The notes: generated by a model from the sequence alone, not told the origin. Shown: positions 10,633 to 24,653, counted from the stretch's first letter. The stretch: 64,000 bases of DNA from Podarcis muralis (GCF_964188315.1 NC_135657.1:99448001-99512000), one strand, 5' to 3'. Program-made: numbers and translations.

Positions 10633-13600
10633 GTGAGCATAAGAGGCTTTTTGATAGTACTCCATAAATGTTTTTGTAACCTCCTTGTTACAAAATCCAC
10701 TCCACCAGCCCGGCAGTCCAGCTCTGGCACAGAAATAGGGCCTGATCCTGTGGACCCTCCAACAAAATAGGGGGTGGGATTTGGATGCATCAATATTGTG
10801 CCCCTGGAGCTTTCTGCAGGTTCCGTGAGGTTTTGCTGTCTACATGAAGTTAATGTGTTTTTCAAAGTGGAATCAATTTCTTATAAAATCTAATGCCACC
10901 AAGAGTTCTTGAATGGTAGAAATCCGAATTACTGTACCAAATTTGGCAGTTACCATTTTTTAAAAGATATATACATCATGGGGAATCTTCAGCATTTGAC
11001 TTCCTAAGTATATTATTTACTGTATGTTATATTATTGTAAGAATCACATTCTTTGAATTACTGAGATTTTAAGGCCTTGATGCTTGGGTGAGTGGAAGTT
11101 GTTTTGTGGTCATGTGTTTTATGTTAAATAGGATTTAATGTTTAGGGCTTGCATACTTCAATAATTTCAAGCAAAATACAATGTATAGTCCATATACACT
11201 CTTGTGTATGGGAAGTCTTGTTTAGTCAAGTGAAAGTGGGGGTAAACTGGTGAAAATGAATCATATGCAGTTACATGTGTTTTGTGAATTGAATTTTTAA
11301 AAAGAACCCCTGAAAAGAATTATTACGGATTAAAAATGTATGTATATGATTATTAAAAATGTGGCATATGTAATGAATACAATTTCAGATTTTCAGCAAA
11401 AATTACTTGATTCTCAAAGCAGGTTTATCTATTGCTTTTGTCTCTCAGTTTCTGTGATGTAGATAGTGATTTAAGAATGTACTAAATGTAAAATAATTCA
11501 TTTATTCTAGTAAAGAACAAGCTTTTTTTAAAAAAAGTCAGCGTCTTCTATTTATTACAAGTGTTGTTCAGTTCAGTGGGTCTTGCTCCCAAGTATGTTT
11601 ATATGGGATTGCCAGTTTAAGAAGTATACTTCACTGGCGCTAGTGGAATTTACTTCTGAGAAAACTTGCTCAGGCTATAATGAGAGATTGCTTTACATGT
11701 ATTCTAAGCAAACCTCATTGTGTTGATTTCTGAAGTCAACGATCAGCCAGAATTCAAATCTCACATTTGGAGTGAATAATTTGATCATTGCATGGAGAAA
11801 ATAACAACCCTGCCTTCCTCTTAATGTCTAAACTGAATGCAAATTTTTCAGCAGTGATGTGAGGTAGAACAATGAATGGATGCCAATTGCAGATATAATA
11901 CAGATCAGCTTTCAAAGTTACAGCTTTATTTGCTAAATTCAAGTTAAATAAACATGCTAAATAAACATTTGATCATTTGACCATACAATGAAACGCATCC
12001 AGTATTTCTTAGAGTTGGTTCACAAATGTATGTACAGGCCTTTCCTAATGATAATCTATTAGCATTGGAGCTACGGTGCAGCATTTTCATCCCATACTAC
12101 TTAAGTAAAACCACAAGCTCCAGATTGTATGGGAGGGGTTTGTTCCACAGCCCCTCCTCATGGGTATTTAAGTGAGGCATGCATAGCTTAATAAGCCAGA
12201 GCCCTCTGCATATAACCAGACACTTTCATGGATTCACCATGGCTCCATCACTTTGCTGCAGCATTTTACACTAAATCAGATATCACTTATATGCAGAAGG
12301 GGAGTTTCTTAGCTTTTTCAGGCAGCTCAGGGAACTGTAGAAAGGTTGTTAATCATATATGCATCTGCAGCTATTTGGATCTCTGTCTGATGGTTCTCTT
12401 TGGGGTTACCATTGTCTTTGGCACCTTGAAGATGAGGAAATATAATATGGCATAAGCTTTTGCAGGCTGAGTCCCCTTAAACATATGCAAGTATAGGGTA
12501 GAAATCTTTCAGTCTTGTGAAAATATAGAAATGTCACTCAGATGTAAAAATAGTCTCGAGCGCACAAAAGCATGTGCCATAATTTGCTCAGTTTTAAGAT
12601 GCAACAAGACTGTTGTTATGTAGCAGCAAACTAAGATATCTACCCCTTTGGATATTGTTCAAAAATAAATAATAAATCCATACCAAGTGCCATACTACTG
12701 CTATCAAATGCTGTTGATAAGTACTACTATTTCCACTATCCAGTGAACCCTACCCTGCCTCATATTACAGCATCATTTATGTCCTAGAACTTCTAAATTG
12801 TGAATCTTCAACCATTTCAGACTCAGGATCCACCTTTAACCTAAACATGCATTTGGGGACCTATTTCTTAATAGTTTACCATATATTTGAATGGTGATAG
12901 TGCTTCTGCTGTGACCCACCTTGGATCAGGCCTGAAGACCAATATTCGAGATGATCTAAGTCTCTCGTATTTAGGGTTAACCTCCCATTCTGTCCTTGTT
13001 TCAAACTCACAAGGTGAGCAGTAATAAAAACGTTCATGGGGGTTGCACATGGAAGTTGCTATTTCAAGAATGAAGTGCAAAGTGAGTTTCTATTAGTAAA
13101 ACTTGGCTTTCTCTCTTCCTGCTCTACAAAGCCGCCCAAAAGCCTTGGTTCCTGAACATTTTTTAGGGGAGAAGCAACTGGAAATGGGTGCTTCTAGCAA
13201 TCCTCTTCATGCAACCCAGGACTTGACCAGGTTCTGCATAAGACCCAGCCTCATTCCATTTTGAAAGAGATATTTTCTACCACCCTGTTTTACAAGACTC
13301 TTTTAAAAACTTAATACTTCTCTAGTAAAGTATGCTAACTAGAAACGTTCTCTGCTGGGTGTTCAAGTTAAGTTTACAGTAGGCCCCGGTGATGTATTTG
13401 TAGACTCCTGAAAATGCATTAATGTATGTTCAGGGAGTTTCTATAACCGCTGATCACAAAGTCGTAAACATTTCACCTCAAATGATACAGTTTCCTGAAT
13501 GAGTGGGCAACTGAATGCATGTACATTCATAATCGGCAAGGCTAAAAGTTAAACTTGATATCTAGGCAATAAATACTATGGCTAGAATCCAAAGAATACA

Positions 13601-14019
13601 GGAGGAACACAGTATATGGATCTGGAGCTTACTCTATAAGGGTCTTGCCTCTTAGGAAGCATGAATGTGTATGGTAAAAAAAAATCTAGCAAAATAAGGT
13701 TTTGTACCCACAATCTGGCTCAAAAAAATTTGACAAAGTAACTTTGTTTAGGGACTAGAACATCTTGAAGGAGACTTCAGTGGCATTAGTCTGTACTTTA
13801 TCCTAATTGATGCAAACACAGATTTAATATCAGTAGCTCTGAAACTTAACTTTTTTGCCAAGAGAAAAATGCATACAGTCGAAGTTCATATTTCATTTTT
13901 ATCTAGTATCATCGCTGGTATTAAAAGATGACAGGCGTCTTGAATATCAGCTTTTCTTAAATTTACCATTTGCATTGTGGAACACTTGAATTGTGGGTGA
14001 ATATACAGGAAAATATATA

Positions 14020-14360
14020 GGGACGAGGGTGGCGCTGTGGGTTAAACCACAGAGCCTAGGACTTGGCGATCAGAAGGCTGGTGGTTCGAATCCCCGCGAT
14101 GGGGTGAGCTCCTGTTGCTTGGTCCCTGCTCCTGCCAACCTAGCAGTTCAACAACACGTCAAAGTGCAAGTAGAGTCTGGCGGGAAGGTAAACAGCGTTT
14201 CCATGCGTTGCTCTCGTTCACCAGAAGCAGCTTAGTCTTGCTGGCCACATGACCCGGAAGCTGTATGCTGGCTCCCTCGGCCAATAAAGCGAGATGAGCG
14301 CCGCAACCCCAGAGTCGGCCACGACTGGACCTAATGGTCAGGGGTCCCTTTACCTTTACC
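14020..14360 (+). mobile_element. Sauria SINE, second (more diverged) subfamily
   Basis: Head GGGACGAGGGTGGCGCTGTGGGTTAAACCACAGAG, tail TTTACCTTTACC; imperfect TSD TATACAGGAAAA. Confidence 0.9.
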
Positions 14361-15080
14361 TATACAGGAAAAAATAATATGGAAAAATTCGCAATTGCTT
14401 TATGAAAGTGTGTTTGTACTAAATGAATACTGTATATACCAAATATGGTATATATAATGTCTATATAGCAAAGTAAAAGACAACATTAAGGCTGCAGTCC
14501 TGTGCACACTCACCTGGGAGTAAGTCCATATGAACTCAAAGGGGCTTACTTCTGAGGAGACAGAAATAGGATTGTACTGTAAACAATCTAAATTATATTG
14601 AAATATAATTTTCATTAATGACATTATTAACTTGCCACATTTTAACCAACAGCAATGGGTTCACCTATTTGTTTCAAATATTTTGTGCTGAAAATAGTAG
14701 ACTGTAAGATGAAAATAATTTACATAATATTGGGAAACCCCATATGTTTGGAGGGAGGTCCAGGGTGGGATTCACCTAAGGAGCCCTGTCAATGGAAGCT
14801 CTTCCCTCCTCTGTGCACCCCTTCACCCCTTGAAATTGACTTGGGGGTGGGAGAACCCCCAGAACAGCATGGGAGAGGGGGGTCTTTGAAAGGCTGGTGC
14901 AAACGGAAAGTTTGTAATAGCATGGCATTTAATTCTACACAGCTTGAAAGAGTCGCATCAGTCACATTTTGAAAAATGTCCATTCTACAAAAATGGTGGT
15001 TTTTTATGTACAGTGCTGCATCTAATCTTATTCCTTTTTCCAGATTATTTACTGCTGTTTTGAATGACCTTGGTTTCTAG

Positions 15081-15190
15081 GTGGTGACAATTTGTCCATG
15101 GATGAAGTCAAAGATGGTTCATGTGAATTTTTGTGTGACCAAGTGAATGAGCCTAGTAAGAAATTAATGAGTACCGGGAGACTCAGAAAG
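15081..15190 (+). CDS. MCPH1: Microcephalin exon 9 (110 bp)
   Basis: tctAG|GT GGT GAC ... AGA AAG|GTgagt. Open frame; length equals recalled human exon 9; ends in phase 0 before exon 10. Confidence 0.85.
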
Positions 15191-15794
15191 GTGAGTGTGC
15201 CTGGTCAGAATATCAAGGAACACATACAGTATGCATGGAAATAGGCATATAGGAAGTGCATTATAGGGACACAGCTCTGGAGAAAGACTTCCTTCCATGT
15301 GTAGCATTCTTAAATCACCCATCCATCTGATATTTGCCTTCCTGGGGGGGGGGGGGGGCAGGGAAGAGAGGTGCCAGTATTGTTCCTGTCTTCCCTGCCC
15401 TCTCCACAGTGAGTTTTAGCATGAGGGGCAAGGGGTACTGAATCAGGGAATCAACAGCAAGGCTTTTTATGATTAAGCCTGATCAGTGGGGCATGCAGCA
15501 AAATGTTTCCGTGTATTCCTATGGAAGTGTTCCTGTTCAGAGCATGGCCCAGCACTCAACCTTTCTTCCCAACAGAGGCTATGTGAACAGAAACAAAACA
15601 AAATCTTGCTTTTACTGGATACTTCTGGCATAACCTCCATATATGGTACTATATAACCAGTAAGGGGAAACTTTAATCTTCATATGATTTACATCTTTAT
15701 GTCTTCAGTGGAAGGTTGATAACTACAACTCTGGGTGGAAATGTCTCGTACTTGTTTGACATGCTCTTCCTTCTTTCCTTCCTTAACCCTGTAG

Positions 15795-15832
15795 CCATCA
15801 AGAACATTGGTCATGACAAGCATGCCTTCTGA
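15795..15832 (+). CDS. MCPH1: Microcephalin exon 10 (38 bp)
   Basis: tgtAG|CCA TCA AGA ACA TTG GTC ATG ACA AGC ATG CCT TCT GA|GTaagt = PSRTLVMTSMPSE vs human PTRTLVMTSMPSE. Confidence 0.96.
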
Positions 15833-16270
15833 GTAAGTACTAGATATTTTGATGATATTCCTGCCTGCTTATATCTTGGTTTGTAGACCCAGGCAGGTGT
15901 TACAAGCCAGTGAAGTGTAAACCTGTGAGGCGGGTCAGTGGAATGCTAGTTCCTCTTACCTTCCATCATTGTCCTGTCACACTCAACTTATGGATGATGA
16001 TTTTGTGAAGAGGGGAGCTTCTGGTATCTGTGGAAGCTCCACACCTCTTTTGGAACGCTGAAAGAAATGAGGGTTCCCAAATGGGGGGAAGAACGTTTTC
16101 AACCCTTTGCAAATACAGGAAGCTCCCCTCTTCAGACAGCCATCCTCTATAGGTTGAAGGTGACTGGGACGGTGATGGAAGGGGGCAGAGCTAGTGCACT
16201 TGTCCTTGCTGTCCTTTGCATAGTTACTCTTCATCGGATCATAATGGCAGCATTATAGAACTAGTATTAC

Positions 16271-16751
16271 AGAGACATCACCTTGCCAACAAAGGTCCAT
16301 ATAGTTAAAGCCATGGTTTTCCCAGTAGTGATGTATGGAAGTGAGATCTGGACCATAAAGAAGGCTGATCGCTGAAGAATTGGTGCTTTTGAATTATGGA
16401 GCTGGAGGAGACTCTTGAGAGTCCCATGGACTGCAAGCAGATCAAACCTATCCATTCTGAAGGAAATCAGCCCTGAGTGCTCACTGGAAGGACAGATCCT
16501 GAAGCTGAGGTTCCAATACTTTGGCCACCTCATGAGAAGAGAAGACTCCCTGGGAAAGACCCTGATGCTGGGAAAGATTGAGGGCACAAGGAGAAGGGGA
16601 CGACAGAGGACGAGATGGTTGGACAGTGTTCTTGAAACTCCGAACATGAGTTTGACCAAGCTGTGGGAGGTTGTGGAAGACAGGAGTGCCTGGCGTGCTC
16701 TGGTCCATGGGGTCAGGAAGAGTCGGACACGATTAAACGACTAAACAACAA
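16271..16751 (+). mobile_element. RTE-BovB LINE, 5'-truncated 3' end
   Basis: ...LRVPWTASRSNLSILKEISPECSLEGQILKLRFQYFGHLMRREDSLGKTLMLGKIEGTRRRGRQRTRWLD; tail CGACTAAACAACAA. Confidence 0.93.
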
Positions 16752-17661
16752 ATTACAGGGCTATGTAACTTAAATGGCAAGGTTTGGTTGACTACGGTAG
16801 GAATAGCAGGGCAGCATTCAACTAAACAGTTTTGCTAGCAGAAGCACCAGAGAACTACTTCTTCCCTGGATCCTCCGGAACAGATTCTCAAGGCGTCTGG
16901 GGAAGGGGTGGAGTTGCGTTATGCAACCAGAAATGCTTCTGCTAGTGGAATTGTTTAGCTGGATACCATGTATAGAGTTGAGCACACCAAGCTATAACTA
17001 GCAAAGCTACCGCTAGAAAATATAACATGTGATTAGAAAGTTGAAATTTAAGTATACACAGAGTCTAACTTTTGGTCTTTGGGCTCTGAAGTTTGCTGTA
17101 GTTTTCTAATTTTTAAAAAAACACACCATAACAAATCTATTTTAGTTACTTTTGTGCAACAGGTACTATAGAACACATGCTATTTTCTAAGGGATGCTAC
17201 AAATAAGCCAGATGTTGAGGGCAGCTCCCATAATATGTGGATGCGCAGCAAGACTTCTCCACGTACTTAGCAAAGAGCATCTGACAAACTTGCACTTTCC
17301 ATTCTGTCTAGTGGTGGTTTCTGAAATACTTTGCTTCTTAGGGATATATCTGTGAGTTTGTGTATGTAAACCCTAAAAATCATTACCTGTATGGAGAAAC
17401 ATATGTCAGTGGAGAAGCATGACTGGCGGTGCAACCTTCTGTATGTTTATGCAGGAGCCCCCAAATCTTACTTGTCCTTAGACTTGCAGCCTAAGTCAAG
17501 ACCAGCATATTTGTGCTGATGTTTTTTCAGTGCTTATGGATATGTGCTTATGGATATGTAATGATATGCATTTAGCAATTTTAAAAAATCCACAATTTCA
17601 AAAATATTCTATGTAGCCATATTAACTTGCATTAAGGACTTCTCTCCATCTCTCTTTGAAG

Positions 17662-17824
17662 GAAGCAGAATGTGGTTGTTCAGGTGGTGAAGAAGTTGGG
17701 AGGCTTTCTGTTTTCAAATGAAGTGCGTGACAATACAAGCCATGTGATTGCAGGGAGCTCCCGTCGTACTTTAAACATATTGATGGGAATTGCTCGCGGC
17801 TGTTGGATTCTATGTTACGAATGG
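17662..17824 (+). CDS. MCPH1: Microcephalin exon 11 (BRCT2)
   Basis: gaAG|G AAG CAG AAT ... GAA TGG|GTaagt, 163 bp. KQNVVVQVVKKLGGF...RRTLNILMGIARGCWILCYEW. Confidence 0.97.
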
Positions 17825-18002
17825 GTAAGTAATATGGCTGGCCATCCATTCATTGCTTCTTCTCTTTCCTTAACTATTTGATATTTTTAGCTACTTCTAA
17901 ATGAACACATAATCCTCCATTACGTGAAATGTTTCAGGTGTGCTGATGATCAGGATAGCTTCAGGTTTTGCAACAGTCATACATAAGGCAATCAATACAA
18001 AC

Positions 18003-18359
18003 GGGACGCGGGTGGCGCTGTGGGTAAAAGCCTCAGCGCCTAGGGCTTGCCGATTGAAAGGTCGCGGTTCGAATCCCCGCAGCGGGGTGCGCTCCCGTTG
18101 TTCGGTCCCAGCGCCTGCCAACCTAGCAGTTCGAAAGCACCCCCGGGTGCAAGTAGATAAATAGGGACCGCTTTATAGCGGGAAGGTAAACGGCGTTTCC
18201 GTGTGCGGCTCTGGCTCGCCAGAGCAACGATGTCACGCTGGCCACATGACCCGGAAGTGTCTCCGGACAGCGCTGGCCCCCGGCCTCTTGAGTGAGATGG
18301 GCGCACAACCCTAGAGTCTGTCAAGACTGGCCCGTACGGGCAGGGGTACCTTTACCTTT
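18003..18359 (+). mobile_element. Sauria SINE, young subfamily
   Basis: Full length; short TSD TACAAAC. Confidence 0.92.
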
Positions 18360-18950
18360 TACAAACTTCTGAACTTAAGCACTGTTATTTCCACATTTCT
18401 TTGGCATTCTGTCAATGTACAATGTTCCCATTGAGAGTTTCTTTTCCCACAAAGCAAACCCAAACTGCAGGCATGGAGTTGGGGGTGGGTGAGTATTGGG
18501 AACACAGCAGAGACTGAAGGATTCAGGCCATTCTGCACCCCAAACCAAAGGGAAATTAATTTTAGGATGGATGTTTGTTTTCTGTTGTTAGGAAGTAATC
18601 AGGAAACAGAACTAAAGCAATAACTGATTCCACCCATATGGTGATTGATGACTGTTGCTAGATTATTACATTGGGGAGGAGCCCCTTGTGTGAGTAAAAG
18701 GGGCGAGGCCTCTAATTTCCACATACACACATAGCTGCAGCTCTCTGTCGCATATCCCATATCATGCATCATATCATATCATCCCCCCAACCCTCAGGAC
18801 TGACTTTACAAGGGGGAAAGGGAGGTGAGAAAGCTCCATTGTACAAACAGATTTCTGCTTGCCATTTTCTGGATGCTATCCAGTACTACAACTTTTGCTG
18901 AACATCTGCAGATGGTTTGGTGAACATTGAACTGAACATACATATTAAAC

Positions 18951-19086
18951 CAGACTTCCTCAACCTCGGCCCTACAGATGTTTTTGGCCTACAACTCCCA
19001 TGATCCCTAGCTAGCAGGACCAGTGGTCAGGGATGGTGGAAATTGTAGTCTCAAAACATCTGGAGGGCTGCGTTTGAGGAAGCCTG
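18951..19086. mobile_element. 136-bp hAT MITE
   Basis: CAGACTTCCTCAAC ... GTTTGAGGAAGCCTG; TSD TATTAAAC. Confidence 0.85.
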
Positions 19087-19122
19087 TATTAAACCACGAA
19101 TATATGCTTTATTCATCTAGAG

Positions 19123-19590
19123 TGGGGTGGGGAAATTTGACCCAGCACATGTGATGTCAGGTGCGGAGCAGGCTGGATCAGCTATGCAGTTAACTTCTCT
19201 ATGGGGAACTCGACCATGCAGCTGGTCTTTCCAGAAAGCAGGAATGAAGTTGACATTAAAGCCTGAGGAGTCAACTTGCATGGCCAAGTTCCCCTTGGGG
19301 AACTCGATTGTGCAGCTGATCCCTGCAGAAATCAGCTTTGCTAGCCCTATGCTTGGCACAGGAAGACATAAGGCTGGCAAAGGCTCTTGGGAACTGCAGT
19401 ACTACTGACTGTTGGGCACTTGGAAAGTGCTGCACAAGGGATTTTGTCAGATGGATGGGCGTCAATCCTCTGGCATCACAATGGCATGAGGTAATTGACA
19501 GGTGGGTCATCCTGCTCACTCGTCAAAGTTGGCCCACAAGGTTGGGACAGATAGGGATCTGGCCTGCTAGGCCAAAAGATCCCCACCTCA
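19123..19590. mobile_element. Old hAT-Charlie-like non-autonomous element
   Basis: Degenerate TIR TGGGGTGGGGAA / ATCCCCACCTCA; TSD ATCTAGAG / ATCTAGAT. Confidence 0.6.
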
Positions 19591-22330
19591 ATCTAGATTT
19601 ACAATTCACTGTATAGGAGTTGCTTTCAGCATTAAATCAGCCTAAAAATAAACTCCAGAAATAACAGCGAGGGGTTTACAAATATTTTCTACATTATTTT
19701 AAAATCTAATGGGATGAAACACAGACATTCAAAGGAATGGTAAACTAGTATTCAAACTCTACATACTACTATGTAGTTATTTTAAGAAAAATAGATTATA
19801 AGCAAAAGGCAACTGAAGCCCCACTGTCCCAGGATTGGGAAGGAATCAAATACAGCTGCAGAAACAGGAAGTCATTTAATGCCAGGGGATTTCTGTGCCA
19901 GATGGATCATATTTTCTGAAGCCATGTTGAAATAAATGATATCTGGCTAGATGTTTCTGAATCAGGCCTGTAAATAAAACCAATATAGGTATGGCATTGC
20001 CTGCAATTGTACATTAATAAGTACTTTTAAACTAAAACTTTTACACAACTTGTTTTTTGAAGATTTGAACTGCATTGTCTAATGTTTGCTTTCTGTTTTC
20101 CCCTATTTGGTGTTACGTTAGCCATACTGGAATCTCTTGAAATGTTATATTTCACAAGTATCTTCTTTTCTCAGTGATGGTCTTTCCATTAGCAACATTC
20201 AAAGTGACCTGGATAACTTGTGTGTCATGTGTACTGTGCATTGCAAACTTCTCAGATAAAATAATCTGGTATTTGAGTAGGACAAACTGGAAGAGCCCTT
20301 GAGTTCCAGGAACAGGGGAAAAAGAAAAGAAGGGGGGGTGAGCCTGGGAAAAGCTCCAAGAATTTGGTGATGGAGCCAGTATTTAATTTCACTTTCTCCT
20401 TATTTCTGCTTGTTGTGTGTGAACCGGGGATTGTAGTTTATCACAAATGCCGGCTTAATTAAACAAGCCTGCTTCATAACCCATGGTTTAAAGTTAGCAT
20501 ATTTTGAAATGGACAAGAGATTGAGACTAACTCAAGGTCTTTGGTTTATATGCAGAGAAAGTCACTTTGAATGTTAGCAAAGTCACCCTATCCACTCACG
20601 AAAACAAGATGGGTCTGCAGAAAACAGAAGATTCACTCAGGCATTTTGCCTAGCACTAAACCATGGTTTATTGCTTTGTTTGAAACGGTCCATTATTACT
20701 CCAAGAGCTTTCAGAGACAATTGAGAGGCCTTCATTCAACCATTAATGCTTCTGAGTCGCTACCCCTTTGTTGATTTAAGAAGGATTACCATGAGTTGGC
20801 AAAGATTTGGCAAGTCACCGGATGCTGTTAGCAATGTTCTTCCCTCACTTACCAGACAATAATTGCATTAAATCTTTTATTGGTGAAAATTTGTGACAGA
20901 ACACATCCCAGTCTTTTTCTTAAATAGAAGCCAGTGGCGGAAGTGACACACATAACAGAGGATGTCATATTGTTCCTGTGGAAAAAGTCATTGAACCGTT
21001 TTCAACTGCACTTGTTTTGATCTTTTGTTCAGCTCTCTTTGTAATGGCCCTTCCGGGTATGGGCATGTTAAATCATTGTTATGAACACCCCAGCTGCTGA
21101 CCACTGATCTAACAATGAATGGCTTTGATTTTTGCTGTCTGTTTTATTGTTTCACACATTATCTAATTTTGCATAGCACCGAGAGACAGAAATTGCCAGT
21201 GGAGTTAGCTACTGTAATTACAGTCAGGTTACAGCTGAGGAAGGACGGCCAGTTGGTGCAAGGAAGCCTAAACTATTTGTTCATATCCTTGCACGTGTGT
21301 CCTATGTAGTGTGGGAGCCGAGAATACATATTTTGAAAAAACTTAAGTTTTATTAAATTTTCATAACTTGAGACAGTTTTGAATTGCTCCAGATTGCCGA
21401 AATAAATCAACAACTGTGCTTTGCATCCGAAACCTTTTTCTAACCAGATTGCCAAATAAGAGAAACAATAAACTTGGTAAATATAGACGTGTATCCAAAG
21501 ATCACCAGCTACAAGTGAGTGACTTTTTAGGGCCAAAAAAGCCATACACAAAGGAGGTTTTCTGACTTCCACTAGGTCTTTTCCACAGTTATAGGCTGCT
21601 GAACCACAAACATGCTATCCAGGGGAGCCACTCACGCATCTAAGGAACACAAATTTGGTAGATGCTTGGGTCTGTAGCAAGAAAGTAGATTTTTACTCGC
21701 AGTTAATGCCTCACAGATAAAAGTCACTGTTCCTCTCTACTTCTCTGTCTCATGGGACTAGTGGCATAGTTGCAATGTATGCCACTATGTAGTGGCATAG
21801 TTGCAAGCCGATATAAGACATATTTGAATTTTTCATCAGATCTGTTCAAAACAGCCAAGCAAGCTTGGTTCCTATGCTACATCGTTTTCCAGCTCAATCC
21901 TACATCAACCACGTTACAGCCCAATCGTAATCATGTCTACTGTGAAGTAAATCCTACTGATTTCAGTGGGGCTTACTCCCAAGTAAGTGGGTTTAGCACT
22001 GCAGGCTTAGTCAGCAGCAAAAGCAACAAGGGGTTGTGTGGCACCTTTAGCTTTCATGATCATCCAGTACCATAATAAGACAGCATCTTATCACTGTAGT
22101 GCATGAAAAGCTATGCTGTGCTTCCTTTGTTGCCCTCTAAGGGCCACAAGACTCGTTTTTTAACATCAACTTTGGTATTCTCTTGCAGCGGTCCTCTTTG
22201 CTGAGGCACCTCACTCGCTGAAGTACAATTGGCACCAATCTTGTTTACCTCAAGCCTTTGCCTTAGTTTGATGGAGTTCAATTCCACAGTTGTAGCTTAG
22301 TTTTAAGAAAGTTTGGAGTTGCCTATGACT

Positions 22331-22693
22331 ACGGGTGACACTGTGGTGTAAATCACTGAGCCTTGGGCTTGCCAATTGGAAGGTCGGCGGTTCAAATCCC
22401 CGCGATGGAGTGAGCTCCCGTTGCTCGGTCCCTGCTCCTGCCAACCTAGCAGTTCGAAAACACACCAGCACAAGTAGATAAATAGGTACCGCTCTGGTGG
22501 GAAGGTAAATGCCGTTTCCGTTCACTGCTCTGGTTTCACCAGAAGCGGCTTAGTCATGCTGGCCACATGACCCAGAAAACCTGTCTGCGGACAAACGTCA
22601 GCTCCCTCGGCCAGTAAAGCGAGATGAGCGCTGCAACCCCAGAGTCGTTTGTGACTGGACTTAACTGTCAGGGGTCCTTTACCTTTACCTTTT
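22331..22693 (+). mobile_element. Sauria SINE, second subfamily, diverged head
   Basis: Body matches the 14020 copy; ACCTTT tail; TSD TATGACT. Confidence 0.88.
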
Positions 22694-23379
22694 TATGACT
22701 GCTTTAAGTGTTGTGTTTTATCTGTTTCATAGTGAAGGTATTGTTTTAACCCCTTATGCTGTAGCCCACCCTGAGATCATGAATGAACAGTGTGCTAGAA
22801 AAGAAATAAGTAGAGCTTGGGCTCAATGGCCGGGATCCGAAGACATGAGCAGTTGCTTTCCATTTTCAAAAGAGCATTGAGGTTGTGCTTCTTGAACAGC
22901 TGTTTGCCTTGTAATGCAGCAAATTTGCTTCTCAGACTGAGGGCACCTCAAAAGGAGTCTGTGATGCAGCATGGACGTCTGTTTAAAGAGGGAGGAAAGA
23001 AAAGAAAAAAATGCCCCAAATCCCAAACACCTGAAATAACACTGTGGGTCCGACCCATATCTACAGACTTGGAAACCCTTAACCTTCATTGAGCTTTTCC
23101 TTAGTGTTTTTCCTTGACTTTTAAGTTTTCATCTTGTCTTACTGCACAGTAGTATATCACTTCTGAGAAACAGTTTAAGTAGACTAAAATTTATAGTGCC
23201 ATGTTTTCTTCGCCATGATACGTCTATATGTCTAACTGATAGCTTTCCAGAATCTGACATGGGGAATAGAGCCCCAATATAGTGCGCCTGCTCAACTTCT
23301 GATTTATTTTATTTATGCATTCATAGAGACTACTATTCAGTTTCTGAATACAACTAATTATAGTATGATCTTTTTGTAG

Positions 23380-23457
23380 GTGTTGTGGTCTCTTGAATAT
23401 GGCCACTGGATGCCTGAAGAACCCTATGAACTCTCTGTGGATTTCCCTGCAGCCCCA
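23380..23457 (+). CDS. MCPH1: Microcephalin exon 12 (78 bp)
   Basis: tgtAG|GTG TTG TGG ... GCC CCA|GTaagt. [26 protein letters not shown] vs human [26 protein letters not shown]. Confidence 0.97.
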
Positions 23458-24419
23458 GTAAGTAATACATGATTTACTTTTTAACTTATTCAGAAATAAG
23501 TCAATTTTTTATCTTGGAATATGGATCAACAACAGAAGTGTGCTCACAATATATCCAATCAAATGGTGACAAAAAAAATTCTTCCCCTTTACCTTCTCTT
23601 GACAAAGGCCTGTTAGTACGGGAATATTCAAACTTTCAAGCCATGTAAAATTTCTAATGAAACCGCCCCATTCACCAGACATGGGGCTGACAACATCCCT
23701 TATGGTGTGATTCCTAAGTGGAAATGTGAAAAGGCTTTTGACAGGCAACCCTCCTGTCAATCATCTGTTATCAGAATGTCAACTTTCACCCGGGAAGCTG
23801 GTCCCGATACTCCTGCTCTAATCCGTACTTAATTCTCAGAGAAAGCAGAAACAGTTTGCTGTTGTTTAAATGCATCCAAAATACCGAGAAATGTCCCAAC
23901 TACTGGGTGTTATTTAAACATAAAGGAACTAGGAAAGAAGAAAAGTGCAATTTTCCTACAAAATATATTTAACCACACAATATGTGTTGCAGGGCTATTC
24001 TGACTTTTAAAATACGGATGGAAATATCTGATATATTAAAAGGGGGAAATAGTTGTCTATTATTATATACTTGGTACTGGATGTAAAGCATAGAAATATT
24101 TTTTACAAATCCTTATTAAATATACTAGTATGGGCTTCCAAATATCCCCAAATATGTGATTACAAATGGTAGGAATCAGACTACAGGAAGTAATTACAAA
24201 ACAATGTGCTTATGTACATAATTACAACCATGGCATGAGATAGGAATAGGAATACAATAAAGATGACCAAATAAGTGTCCCTTGTTTTAAGGTAGTCATT
24301 AAAGTTCAGTAAAAGGGCATAAAGAATCACTTCGAAAGCTTAAGTAATTTCTGTTTATGATCTAGAAGTATTTCACAGTTCCAGTTATGCACAAACACCT
24401 TAAGCTGGTTGGGAGTCCT

Positions 24420-24425
24420 TTTATT
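24420..24425 (-). terminator. Candidate proximal poly(A) signal of ANGPT2 (AATAAA)
   Basis: tttatt on +, about 230 nt past the stop, followed on the - strand by a GT-rich GGTGTTTGTG tract. Usage is not demonstrated. Confidence 0.4.
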
Positions 24426-24653
24426 GTTCTCTTTTGCCAAATCATTATTGCATCAGATACCTCTTCTTGCTTGACATTTAATTGCGATGAAATTCAGTGG
24501 CTGTTGAAAACAAGCTGATTCCCGAAGGATATATGTGCATGTTATCCAGGCGGGGGAAAACCAGTTAAGCTGCATCTGTGGTCTTAAAATATTTGTCAAA
24601 TATAGTATTTTGAAGTTATTTCAATAGGCACTTCATACAAAGAGCAAATGTTT

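Noticed and set aside
10120-10865. Long ORFs spanning the N run
   Set aside because: Frame continuity through a placeholder gap is meaningless; only 10082-10432 is supported as coding.
17530-17557. 14-bp tandem duplication GTGCTTATGGATAT x2
   Set aside because: Ordinary slippage-type duplication with no sign of function.
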